Position numbers and translations under genes: made by a program. A stretch of DNA of 27,337 bases from Chthonomonas calidirosea (lineage in GTDB: Bacteria; Armatimonadota; Fimbriimonadia; Fimbriimonadales; Fimbriimonadaceae), in contig CAMAPH010000039.1 of NCBI GenBank assembly GCA_945859975.1, forward strand, positions 1 to 27,337, read 5' to 3'. Positions within the stretch are counted from its first letter, which is position 1, and each line of letters begins with the position of its first letter. Shown here in pieces: positions 1 to 8,372 of the stretch. The notes beneath the pieces were generated by a model, which was not told the DNA's origin, did no database searches, and saw only the letters and a program-made list of their open reading frames with translations.

Positions 1-372
1 CTGATGAACGAGGATGCAAGCATCATCACGCTCAGCTACCTCGGCAGCACGCGAGCCATGCCGAACTACAACGTGATGGGACTTTGCAAAGCCGCGTTGG
101 AATCTAGCGTTCGCTACCTTGCGCTCGATTTGGGCGATCGCGGGATTCGGGTGAACACAGTGTCTCCGGGGCCGGTCAACACGATTTCTGGACGAGGCGT
201 GAAGGGCTTGGGCGACATGATCAAGAACGTTCACGAGATCGCGCCGCTGAAGCGCCCGTACGCTCAGGCAGAAGTGGCAACCACGGCACTCTACTTGCTC
301 TCGGATCTCAGTAAGGGCGTTTCGGGCCAGTTGCTCTTCGTGGATTCTGGCTACTCCGTCATGGCGATGTGA
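1..372 (+). CDS. fabI: Enoyl-ACP reductase (NADH), C-terminal part; 5' end lies outside the window
   Basis: Motifs 'TLSYLGS...PNYNVMGLCKAALES' (YxxMxxxK catalytic motif), 'GIRVNTVSPGP' and 'SGQLLFVDSG'. Frame is open from base 1. Confidence 0.93.
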   Translation: MMNEDASIITLSYLGSTRAMPNYNVMGLCKAALESSVRYLALDLGDRGIRVNTVSPGPVNTISGRGVKGLGDMIKNVHEIAPLKRPYAQAEVATTALYLLSDLSKGVSGQLLFVDSGYSVMAM

Positions 373-379
373 GCCACGG

Positions 380-1180
380 GTGACGGTGCTTGCCGTTCCG
401 AACTGGTCGTTGGTGCCGGACAATCTGGTCTCGGCCGCCAACGACCTTCGCAGTTTTGGTCTCACGGTTCATTACTGCGCCGGAGATATTGACCACCGGC
501 GCACGGTGACGGCCTTTTCGGGAGCCTGGGAAGATGTGGCAAGGGGAGTTGAGCACCTTTGTTCGGTATGGTTTCCTTTGATCGACCTTAGTGCGGAGGC
601 CTCAGGCGTGCACCCGAAAGTTGGGGCCCTGGATGTGTGCCCGTTTGTTCTGCTTGAAGGCGAGGAGACGAAACTCATTGAGGCGGTTGGTGAGTTTGGT
701 CGCGGATTTTCACCGCGATTCGAGATTCCGGTCCGGTTCTATGAACGTTCTGGAGACGGCGCGGCGCTACCGGATTTCCGAAGGGGCGGAGTTCACGCAC
801 AGCTGGATCGGCATCCGAAATGGGGAGTAACGGTTATGGGGGTTCGCGGTTTTCTGTTGGCGATTAACGTTAATTTTTCGGACTTAACTTTAACAAAAGC
901 TCGCGAGATTGCAGCGAAGATTCGCCACGACCGAGATGCGGGCGAACCGAGATTTACCGGAGTGCGAGCACTAGGTTTATCGCTTGCTTCACGCGGGCAA
1001 ACTCAGGTGAGCATGAATTTCACTCAGCCAGATTTAACTTCGGTGGATGATGTGGTGGAGTACATCGAGACGCAGGCCGGAAGTAGAGGCGAGACCGAGT
1101 TGATCGGGGTGATTCGCGAGCGGGACTTGGCGACTTCGACGAGGCTCCAAGTTCGGGCAGAGCAGGTGGTTTATGTTTGA
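380..1180 (+). CDS. Glutamate formimidoyltransferase (FTCD formiminotransferase domain only)
   Basis: 'VPNWS' (cf. VPNFSEG), 'DIDHRRTV' (cf. DxDHNRSV), 'GVHPKVGALDVCPF', 'GVRGFLLAINVN', 'QVSMNF' and 'ELIGVI'. GTG start; overlaps purK by 8 nt. Confidence 0.85.
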   Translation: MTVLAVPNWSLVPDNLVSAANDLRSFGLTVHYCAGDIDHRRTVTAFSGAWEDVARGVEHLCSVWFPLIDLSAEASGVHPKVGALDVCPFVLLEGEETKLIEAVGEFGRGFSPRFEIPVRFYERSGDGAALPDFRRGGVHAQLDRHPKWGVTVMGVRGFLLAINVNFSDLTLTKAREIAAKIRHDRDAGEPRFTGVRALGLSLASRGQTQVSMNFTQPDLTSVDDVVEYIETQAGSRGETELIGVIRERDLATSTRLQVRAEQVVYV

Positions 1181-2306
1181 TATCGGATTTCTTGGCGGCG
1201 GCCAATTGGCGCGAATGAGCATCATGGCGGCGCAGAAAATGGGCTTGCGTTGCACTTCCCTCGAAAACGGGGAGACCACTTCTGCATCGCGCGTCGCGGA
1301 ACACATGAACGGCGAGTGGCGGGCGGTCGGAGACGTGGCCAAGTTGATGAAGGTTTCGAAGTTCATCACGCTTGAAAACGAATTTGTCCCGGCGAACGTG
1401 ATTGAGGAAGCCGCAGCCGAAGCTGGGTTCGATCTGAATCACGTTGTCCCGGGGCCAGGAGTTCTGCGAATCATTCAAGACAAGCTCTTGCAGCGCCAGA
1501 GCTTTGCCGCCGCAGGATTGAAAGGCCCCAGTTTCGGCGAGGTTCCGAGTGACAACGCCGCAGTTGAGCTTCCGGTTGTGTTTAAGTCCCGCTACGGCGG
1601 CTACGACGGCAAAGGCACCTATGTGGTCCGCACGCCGGATGTGCTCGCAGAGGTCTGGCCGACGGTGTCGCAGGGCGGGTGGATGATGGAATCCTTCGCT
1701 CCGTTTCGGCGAGAAGTGGCGACGATGGTTTTGGTCTCGCAGAGCGGAGAAACGCAGGTCTTTCCGCCGGTGGTTACGCTACAGCCAAAGGCGGTATGCG
1801 AGTTCACGATTCCGTATAATGATCCAGTTGGCCGGGTGTTAGCCGCCGAGACCGCGGTTGAAGCGGTTCGAGCCATCGGTGGCGTTGGGTTGTTTGGAGT
1901 CGAGATGTTCGAGATGCCCGCACCTTACGGCGTCGAGATGTGGATGAACGAGATCGCGCCTCGCCCCCATAACACGGGCCACTACTCGCTGGACTGGGCG
2001 GACATCAGCCAGTTTGAGGCGCACATTCGCGTGGTGACCGGAATGCCGTTGCCACGGTTTACCGAGACGCCCGGAGGTATGGCGAACCTTCTCGGGCCGG
2101 TGAGAAACGGTTCGTCGAACCTGGATGGCGCTCGAAGACGCACCTACGAAGTTGAACCTTCAGCGCGCATTCATTGGTACGACAAAGAGGTCAAGCCGGG
2201 CCGAAAAGTCGGGCACATCAACCTTCCGTTCGATCACGATGAGGAGCGCCTGCTGGCAAGGCTTCGTGCCGTTCGGGACGCGTTTTGGTCCGGTTACGTG
2301 TCTTAG
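1173..2306 (+). CDS. purK: N5-carboxyaminoimidazole ribonucleotide synthase (ATP-grasp)
   Basis: 'GGGQLARM', 'ITLENEFVP', 'QDKLLQ', 'GGYDGKG', 'GVEMF', 'NEIAPRPHNTGH', 'SQFEAHIR' and 'RKVGHIN'. Confidence 0.95.
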   Translation: MFDIGFLGGGQLARMSIMAAQKMGLRCTSLENGETTSASRVAEHMNGEWRAVGDVAKLMKVSKFITLENEFVPANVIEEAAAEAGFDLNHVVPGPGVLRIIQDKLLQRQSFAAAGLKGPSFGEVPSDNAAVELPVVFKSRYGGYDGKGTYVVRTPDVLAEVWPTVSQGGWMMESFAPFRREVATMVLVSQSGETQVFPPVVTLQPKAVCEFTIPYNDPVGRVLAAETAVEAVRAIGGVGLFGVEMFEMPAPYGVEMWMNEIAPRPHNTGHYSLDWADISQFEAHIRVVTGMPLPRFTETPGGMANLLGPVRNGSSNLDGARRRTYEVEPSARIHWYDKEVKPGRKVGHINLPFDHDEERLLARLRAVRDAFWSGYVS

Positions 2307-2368
2307 CCATTCCGTGTAACCCACGCGGTGGCCCACGGGGAACCATTGCTTCCGGGTAACACCCGTTA

Positions 2369-3478
2369 ATGAGAGCGATTGTTTTAGTGCTCGACGGTTG
2401 TGGCGCCGGTGCCGCACCGGATGCGGCGGAGTTTGGAGATCGAGAACCCGCTTCGACAATTCACCACGTGTGGGAAGCCACTGGCGGCTTTCACGCTCCG
2501 AATCTCGCTAAAGTTGGGTTCTTAGCCGCATGCGGCATCGGTCCATTTGACCTCGCCGATATTGGCAAACCGCATTCATACGCGCGGTTACAGCCCTTGA
2601 GTAAGGGCGGGAAAGACAGCGTAGTTGGGCATTGGGAGATGATGGGAATTGAGCTAGAACATGCGTTTCCCACTTTTCCCCATGGTTTTCCACCAGAGCT
2701 AATCAACGAGTTTGAGGCTCGGATCGGACGAAAAGTCATTGGAAATCGACCTGCTTCTGGAACGCAGATCATCCAGGAGCTCGCGGAAACGCACGCACAG
2801 ACGGGCTCGCCAATCGTGTACACCAGCGCAGATAGCGTCTTCCAAGTTGCCGCAAATGAGGCGGTGATACCGGTTGAAGAGCTCTACCAAATCTGCGAGG
2901 CGGCGCGTGAGTTGTGTCGCGGAGACTTTGAAGTTCAGCGAGTGATTGCAAGGCCGTTTGTAGGAGCTGACGGTAAGTACGATCGCACGGAGCGTCGGCG
3001 TGATTATCCACTTGCCCCGGCGCACAACTTAGTTGACGACCTAGGGGATGTCTATGGCATTGGGGTCGTGCCGGAATTGTTTGGACATCGAGGCTTCCGA
3101 GACATTCCAAGAACGCAATCGAATGCGGAGCACGAAAAGTCGCTGCTTACTGCGCTAGAGTCCGATGCTCGGTTCATTTTTGCGAATTTCGAAGACTTCG
3201 ACATGCGGTACGGGCATCGAAATGACGTCCCAGGTTTCGCCCGTTGCTTGGAGGCCTTTGACCACACGCTTGAACGCATACTTGCTGCGCTCAAGGATGA
3301 CGATCTCTTAATTCTTACGGCAGACCATGGTAACGATCCTACAACGATCTCTACTGATCACAGTCGGGAATTCGTTCCATGCGTTGCAATAGGGCCCCAT
3401 GTGCCGTTTTCGGGGGACATTTCCGGTTTTCGGCAGGTGGGCAAGTTGGTTTCTGAACATCTTCTGCCTACAATCTGA
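2369..3478 (+). CDS. deoB: Phosphopentomutase
   Basis: 'VLDGCGAGAAPDA', 'GKDSVVGHWE', 'IVYTSADSVFQ', 'RVIARPF', 'DFDMRYGHRND', 'TADHGNDPT' and 'TDHSREFVP'. Confidence 0.95.
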   Translation: MRAIVLVLDGCGAGAAPDAAEFGDREPASTIHHVWEATGGFHAPNLAKVGFLAACGIGPFDLADIGKPHSYARLQPLSKGGKDSVVGHWEMMGIELEHAFPTFPHGFPPELINEFEARIGRKVIGNRPASGTQIIQELAETHAQTGSPIVYTSADSVFQVAANEAVIPVEELYQICEAARELCRGDFEVQRVIARPFVGADGKYDRTERRRDYPLAPAHNLVDDLGDVYGIGVVPELFGHRGFRDIPRTQSNAEHEKSLLTALESDARFIFANFEDFDMRYGHRNDVPGFARCLEAFDHTLERILAALKDDDLLILTADHGNDPTTISTDHSREFVPCVAIGPHVPFSGDISGFRQVGKLVSEHLLPTI

Positions 3479-3542
3479 AGTGACCGTATCTGCCTAAGCC
3501 GTTCTCTTCGAACCCTTATCGCGGAAGCGAGGTCCGCTTGTT

Positions 3543-6500
3543 ATGATCATGTCTCAAAGCCCAAACACCCTACCAAGGGATAAGGCGGGCTTTGACGCGT
3601 GGCTTAAGGACTTCAGCCTCACCCGCAAGCCGAGCGAAGCGGGCATTCAAAGCCTTGAGCTTGCCGCGCTGCACGCAGAAGCGATGGGCCACCACGAAGG
3701 TCGGGGTCGCGCGCTGGTGGAGCTGGGCAAGCTCCACCGTGAGATCTCCGATCCGGTCCGTTCGATCCCGATTCTCAAGCAGGCGATCGGCGTCTTCACC
3801 TCGCTGAACGATAGCCACGGTCGTGCGGAGGCACTTGTTGAGCTCGGGCGAACGTACAACATGCAGTCCGAAAGCGCCGAGGCGCTGACGGCTTATGAGT
3901 CCGCGCTGTCGATGCTGACCCCGACGGCAGACATCGATTTGATTCGACGAATCGAAATCGGTATCGCCCTGATTTACATTCTCAACGATGAAGTCGACGA
4001 AGCCCAGCGAATGTTGGAGTCGGCACTTGGTCGTGCGCGGGTACTTCAGGATCGGACCAAGATTGCGACGGCGCTTAACAACCTCGCTTACGTGCACCTG
4101 AAGAAGAAGCATCCAGAGGGTGCGCTTCAGGCAATTCGGGAAGCGATCGAAGTACACGACCCGCATTCCCCGGTCAGCTTCGAGTCAACGTTATGGCACA
4201 GTTATGGCGAGACTTTGCTGGAGACGGGCCGCTATGAAGAAGCGGCCGAGACGCTGCAGAAGGCACTTGCAAAGTGCATTAAATCACAAGATGCCAACGG
4301 AGAGGCGCTTTGTAAAACCGACTACATCCGTTGCCAAATTGCCCTCGGCCGAGCAGAGCCCAGGATGGTGCAAATGCTGGAAGAAGCGTCGCTTATTGCG
4401 GAGCGCATCAACAGCGATCGCATTCGGCAGCGAATTCTGGACACGGAGTCCAAGCTATTTGAAGCTCTTGGAGATTTCCAGAAGGCATTAGCGAAGCACC
4501 AGGAGGCCCGCGGCCTGGAGCAGCACACCAACGAATTTCACCTTCGCCGGCGCTTGGCCATTTGGAACAAGCGCTTTGAGCAGTTCAAAGAGGAAGCGCG
4601 CGAAGACCAAGACCGATTCCTTCGCGAACTGACTTCGAGCGTTCCCGGCGTACTTTTCCGATGGCGACGAATGCCGAGCGGCCTTGAGGAATACCTTTAC
4701 GTTTCACCTAGATCGGTGGATGTGCTGGAGCTTTCGCCGGAGCAACTCGGTGAGAACCCTCGGTCTCTCAAGTTCCATCCAGAGGATTATCCGCGCTACG
4801 AGGCGGCCCTGGAAGAGGCGATGCGAGGCGCACTTAACCTAAGCGTCGAGTGCCGCTATATCCTTCCGAGCGGCCGAACGGTTTGGGTTCGAACCGACGC
4901 TCGTATTGCCTTTGAGAGCAGCGGCGCCTTGCTGCTGCAGGGAATTCTTACTGACGTCACCCGAGAGCGAGCCACGCGCGACGCCCTTCGACAAACCCAG
5001 GCTCGATTCCATGAAGCGATCGAAGCTGGGTTTGATGGCTTCATTTTGCTGGAACCGGTATGGAATGCTTCCGGCGACCTAGCGGATATGGCGATTGCGG
5101 AAATCAATCGCCGCGGTGCCGAAATGGTGGCGGCAGAGGGCAATCTCAAGCCGGGCCAGCTGATTCGAAAGCACCTAACACGAGACTTTTGGAAGCGGAG
5201 TCGCGAGTACTTCAAGAAGGTTCTGGAAACCGGTCGCCCGCACGCCGAGGAAGGCACGTTGCCGCTTTCGACATTCCAACCAGAGTGGGCGGAGTTCCAG
5301 CTCTACCGGGTTGGAAACGCGGTTGCACTCGTTATTCGCGATGCGACGGTACGTCACCGCTTGCTCTCGGCCCTGCGCCAGAGCGAAGAGCGATGGCAGA
5401 TGGCCATCGAAGGAAGCCAAGACGGCATTTGGGACCATGACTTGGTCACGCGGTGGTCTTATGCTTCTGACCGCTGGTTTGAAATGTTTGGCGCCGAGCG
5501 GGACGAGGATGTTGTGCCGCTAGAAATGTTGATGGAGCGAGTCCATCCGGAGGACCGAGATCGGTACCTCACCGCCTACGAATCCCATCTCCAGAACAAA
5601 AGCCCGATTTACACTTCGCAATTCCGCGTTCGACACAACGATGGATCGTATCGCTGGCTCATGGCGCGTGGAAAGGCAACCCGAGATGCAAAAGGAGCGG
5701 CCATTCGGTTTGTTGGCACGCACACCGACATTACGGACTCCATGCGCGTTCACCGCTTGCTGGAAGCGACGGCAAACACGAACCGCAAGTTGTTAAGCCC
5801 CGAATCCGTCGATCTGGTCCTCAGCGAAATCGCGACCGAAATTGCGAATGCGCTCGAAATGAAGGGAGTGAGCTTGTACCGAATCCAAATTTCGGAAGAT
5901 AAGGTTTGTACTCCGCAATGGCTGTTTGGCAGCCCAGATGCGATGAAAGCGGAAGACGGCATTCGCGTCATGTCGAGCATCGATTCCGAAAACAAGCACC
6001 GCATCGTGCACGGTGAAATTGCGATGGTCTCTGAAGCCGCTCCGGGTTCTCCAGAAATGCTGGAGCTACTCCGCGAGTTGGACGTTAAGAAGCTGAAAGG
6101 CGTCCCAATTGTTTCTAACAAGGTCGTTTGGGGCGTGATGGTATTTGAGGACCGTAGTTCTGCCCGACCACTTGGACAAGCCGAAATCTCGCTACTCCAA
6201 TCCGCCGCGACTTCGATCGGGCTAGCCGTTGAGCAGCAGCGAAGTCGCGAGATGATCCTTGAAAAGGCGCGCCAACTTCAGGAAGCGCTCGAGACGGCAG
6301 AAGATTTGGCGGTCGCAGCGACGGCGGCAAACAAGGCTAAGAGCGACTTCGTCGCAAACATGAGCCATGAAGTTCGTACGCCGATGAACGGCGTCTTGGG
6401 TCTTATCGACTTGCTCATCGAAACCGGACTGACGAGCAAGCAGATGAAGTACGCGCTTGGCATCCGGCATTCGGGTGATGCGTTGCTGACCATCATTAAC

Positions 6501-7472
6501 GACATCCTCGACTTCTCGAAGATTGAAGCGGGCAAGCTCACGATTGAGCAAGTTGAATTCCAGCCAAGCAAGGTCGCGAAAGAGGTGGTTGGACTCATGG
6601 AACCCGAGTCCATTCATCGGGGCATCAAGCTCAAGTTTGAAGCCTCTGATCCGACGCAAGGAACTTGGCTGGGTGACCCGGTTCGCTTCCGTCAGATTCT
6701 CACGAACCTTCTTGGTAACGCGATGAAGTTTACGGAGCAAGGGCAGGTTTCGGTTGCCCTCCGTAAGATTGAAGGCAACTTGGTGTTGCGCGTTGAGGAC
6801 ACCGGGATTGGAATTCCTGAAGACCGATTGGAGCAGATTTTTGACAGCTTCAATCAGGGTGACAACTCGACGACGCGCGTCTATGGCGGCACGGGACTTG
6901 GTTTGACAATCACCAAACGACTCGTGGATCTTATGCACGGAGATATCTCCGTGCGTAGCAACATCGGTCAGGGCACGATCTTTACCGTATCGCTTCCGTT
7001 GGTTGAAGTGAAATCGCCAGAAGCGCAGAAGGTCAAGGAACCGGCAATTTGGGGTGGCGATCTTGGATCGGTTTGCGTGCTCGTTTGCGAAGACAATCCG
7101 ATCAACGAGCTGATGCTCACCCACATTCTTGATACGGCGGGAGCGCAGTACGTGACGGTACGTGACGGTGCGGCGGCAATCAAGGCGGCTACTACGAGAC
7201 GGTTTGACGTGATTCTGATGGACGTTCAGATGCCGCAGGTTGATGGCCTGACGGCAGCCCGCGCGATTCGAGAATTTGAGGCGGATAAGGGATACCGAAC
7301 GCCGATTATCGCGGTTACAGCGGGTGCCACGCCGAAGGATCTCCAAGAAATTTTGGATTCGGGAATGGACGATCGTGTGAGCAAGCCTTACCGTCCGGAC
7401 AAGATTCGCGAGATCTTGGTTCATTATCTGAACGAGCGGGACAATACGGCTTCGGACCCGATATTGGAATGA
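3543..7472 (+). CDS. Soluble hybrid sensor histidine kinase: TPR repeats, 3 PAS/PAC, GAF, HisKA, HATPase_c, receiver
   Basis: N-terminal TPR-like repeats ('AEALVELGRTY', 'ALNNLAYV'); PAS/PAC motifs 'HPED...WV...G...DVT' and 'DGIWD...HPEDR...DGSYRW...GTHTDIT'; H-box 'MSHEVRTPMNG'; 'NLLGNAMKFT', 'DTGIGI' and 'GGTGLGL'; receiver 'EDN...LMDVQMP...KP'. No TM segment seen. Confidence 0.93.
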   Translation: MIMSQSPNTLPRDKAGFDAWLKDFSLTRKPSEAGIQSLELAALHAEAMGHHEGRGRALVELGKLHREISDPVRSIPILKQAIGVFTSLNDSHGRAEALVELGRTYNMQSESAEALTAYESALSMLTPTADIDLIRRIEIGIALIYILNDEVDEAQRMLESALGRARVLQDRTKIATALNNLAYVHLKKKHPEGALQAIREAIEVHDPHSPVSFESTLWHSYGETLLETGRYEEAAETLQKALAKCIKSQDANGEALCKTDYIRCQIALGRAEPRMVQMLEEASLIAERINSDRIRQRILDTESKLFEALGDFQKALAKHQEARGLEQHTNEFHLRRRLAIWNKRFEQFKEEAREDQDRFLRELTSSVPGVLFRWRRMPSGLEEYLYVSPRSVDVLELSPEQLGENPRSLKFHPEDYPRYEAALEEAMRGALNLSVECRYILPSGRTVWVRTDARIAFESSGALLLQGILTDVTRERATRDALRQTQARFHEAIEAGFDGFILLEPVWNASGDLADMAIAEINRRGAEMVAAEGNLKPGQLIRKHLTRDFWKRSREYFKKVLETGRPHAEEGTLPLSTFQPEWAEFQLYRVGNAVALVIRDATVRHRLLSALRQSEERWQMAIEGSQDGIWDHDLVTRWSYASDRWFEMFGAERDEDVVPLEMLMERVHPEDRDRYLTAYESHLQNKSPIYTSQFRVRHNDGSYRWLMARGKATRDAKGAAIRFVGTHTDITDSMRVHRLLEATANTNRKLLSPESVDLVLSEIATEIANALEMKGVSLYRIQISEDKVCTPQWLFGSPDAMKAEDGIRVMSSIDSENKHRIVHGEIAMVSEAAPGSPEMLELLRELDVKKLKGVPIVSNKVVWGVMVFEDRSSARPLGQAEISLLQSAATSIGLAVEQQRSREMILEKARQLQEALETAEDLAVAATAANKAKSDFVANMSHEVRTPMNGVLGLIDLLIETGLTSKQMKYALGIRHSGDALLTIINDILDFSKIEAGKLTIEQVEFQPSKVAKEVVGLMEPESIHRGIKLKFEASDPTQGTWLGDPVRFRQILTNLLGNAMKFTEQGQVSVALRKIEGNLVLRVEDTGIGIPEDRLEQIFDSFNQGDNSTTRVYGGTGLGLTITKRLVDLMHGDISVRSNIGQGTIFTVSLPLVEVKSPEAQKVKEPAIWGGDLGSVCVLVCEDNPINELMLTHILDTAGAQYVTVRDGAAAIKAATTRRFDVILMDVQMPQVDGLTAARAIREFEADKGYRTPIIAVTAGATPKDLQEILDSGMDDRVSKPYRPDKIREILVHYLNERDNTASDPILE

Positions 7473-7516
7473 GCTTGCCGCATTTTTACGCTTGACCCTC
7501 GTACGGACAAGCGGAG

Positions 7517-8257
7517 ATGCCGGTAATCAGTTGGACAGGGGTTCCCGATATAGAATCTGCGGCCAAGCTTGTTGGGCCGCGGCTCAGGCAACTGCGAACC
7601 AACCGCGGGCTGACCATTCGAGAGCTTGCTGAACGATCCGGGGTCAGTAAGAACACCGTTCTAAAGATCGAACAAGGTGAGCCCATTGCCGAAATATTGT
7701 TGACCCGGATCTGCAACAAACTACAGACCATTCTTCCGAACCTACTTTCCGCTCCAGAGGAAGTTGAGAGCGCGATTGTTTGCATCCACCGGAACGATCC
7801 AGCCAAGTGGCACATTGCGTTTCGTCGCATGCGAGCACCGAAAGCGATCAAAGATTTTGATCAGGTTGCAGACCCACAGGAGCGACGGCGGTTGGGCTCC
7901 GTTGGGTTCGTTTCTGGGTTCGTGCACACCCACGACTCCGCGCTTCCGAATGGTCGGCTTCAAGCAGCGACCTTGGACTTGTTTGGGGATCAGGAAGAGC
8001 CGGGCTTTCGACACAGCGGAGAGGAGTTCATCTTTTGTATGTCCGGAATCTTGAAGCTAACGGTTGCTGAGGAGACCTACATGCTTTATCCCAGTGACTC
8101 TGCGATGTTTGATTCGAGCTATCGACACCGTTATGAATCGGGCCAGCCACTCGACTCGACCGAAGTTACGCGCGCCCTCATGGTTTGGTACGAAGGGAAC
8201 GAGCAAGCCTTCTCGGTCCGGCCGGATGAGGAATGCGAGAACGATCCTCACGAATAA
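7517..8257 (+). CDS. XRE-family HTH transcriptional regulator with C-terminal cupin domain
   Basis: HTH 'VGPRLRQLRTNRGLTIRELAERSGVSKNTVLKIEQG'; cupin 'HSGEEFIFCMSG...LYPSDSAMFDSSYRHRY'. Confidence 0.9.
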   Translation: MPVISWTGVPDIESAAKLVGPRLRQLRTNRGLTIRELAERSGVSKNTVLKIEQGEPIAEILLTRICNKLQTILPNLLSAPEEVESAIVCIHRNDPAKWHIAFRRMRAPKAIKDFDQVADPQERRRLGSVGFVSGFVHTHDSALPNGRLQAATLDLFGDQEEPGFRHSGEEFIFCMSGILKLTVAEETYMLYPSDSAMFDSSYRHRYESGQPLDSTEVTRALMVWYEGNEQAFSVRPDEECENDPHE

Positions 8258-8298
8258 TGGGACAAGGTTAATTTTCTGTCCCATGTTGAAGTCCCGAT
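8257..8298. promoter_or_regulatory. Inverted repeat ATGGGACA-N12-TGTCCCAT plus an extra half-site GTCCCGAT; candidate operator
   Basis: Perfect 8-bp arms at 8257-8264 and 8277-8284, with a related half-site at 8291-8298, in the intergenic region upstream of the secreted protein gene. No U-tract follows. Confidence 0.45.
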
Positions 8299-8372
8299 GA
8301 TGTTTTGAGGTGCAGATTTTGCGCTTTTTTCGATGTAGAACTCTGGCGTAGGGAGAATTCCCAAAGGAAAAG

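Noticed and set aside
6222..7424. 400-aa minus-strand ORF
   Set aside because: Antisense shadow of the kinase core; no recognisable motifs.
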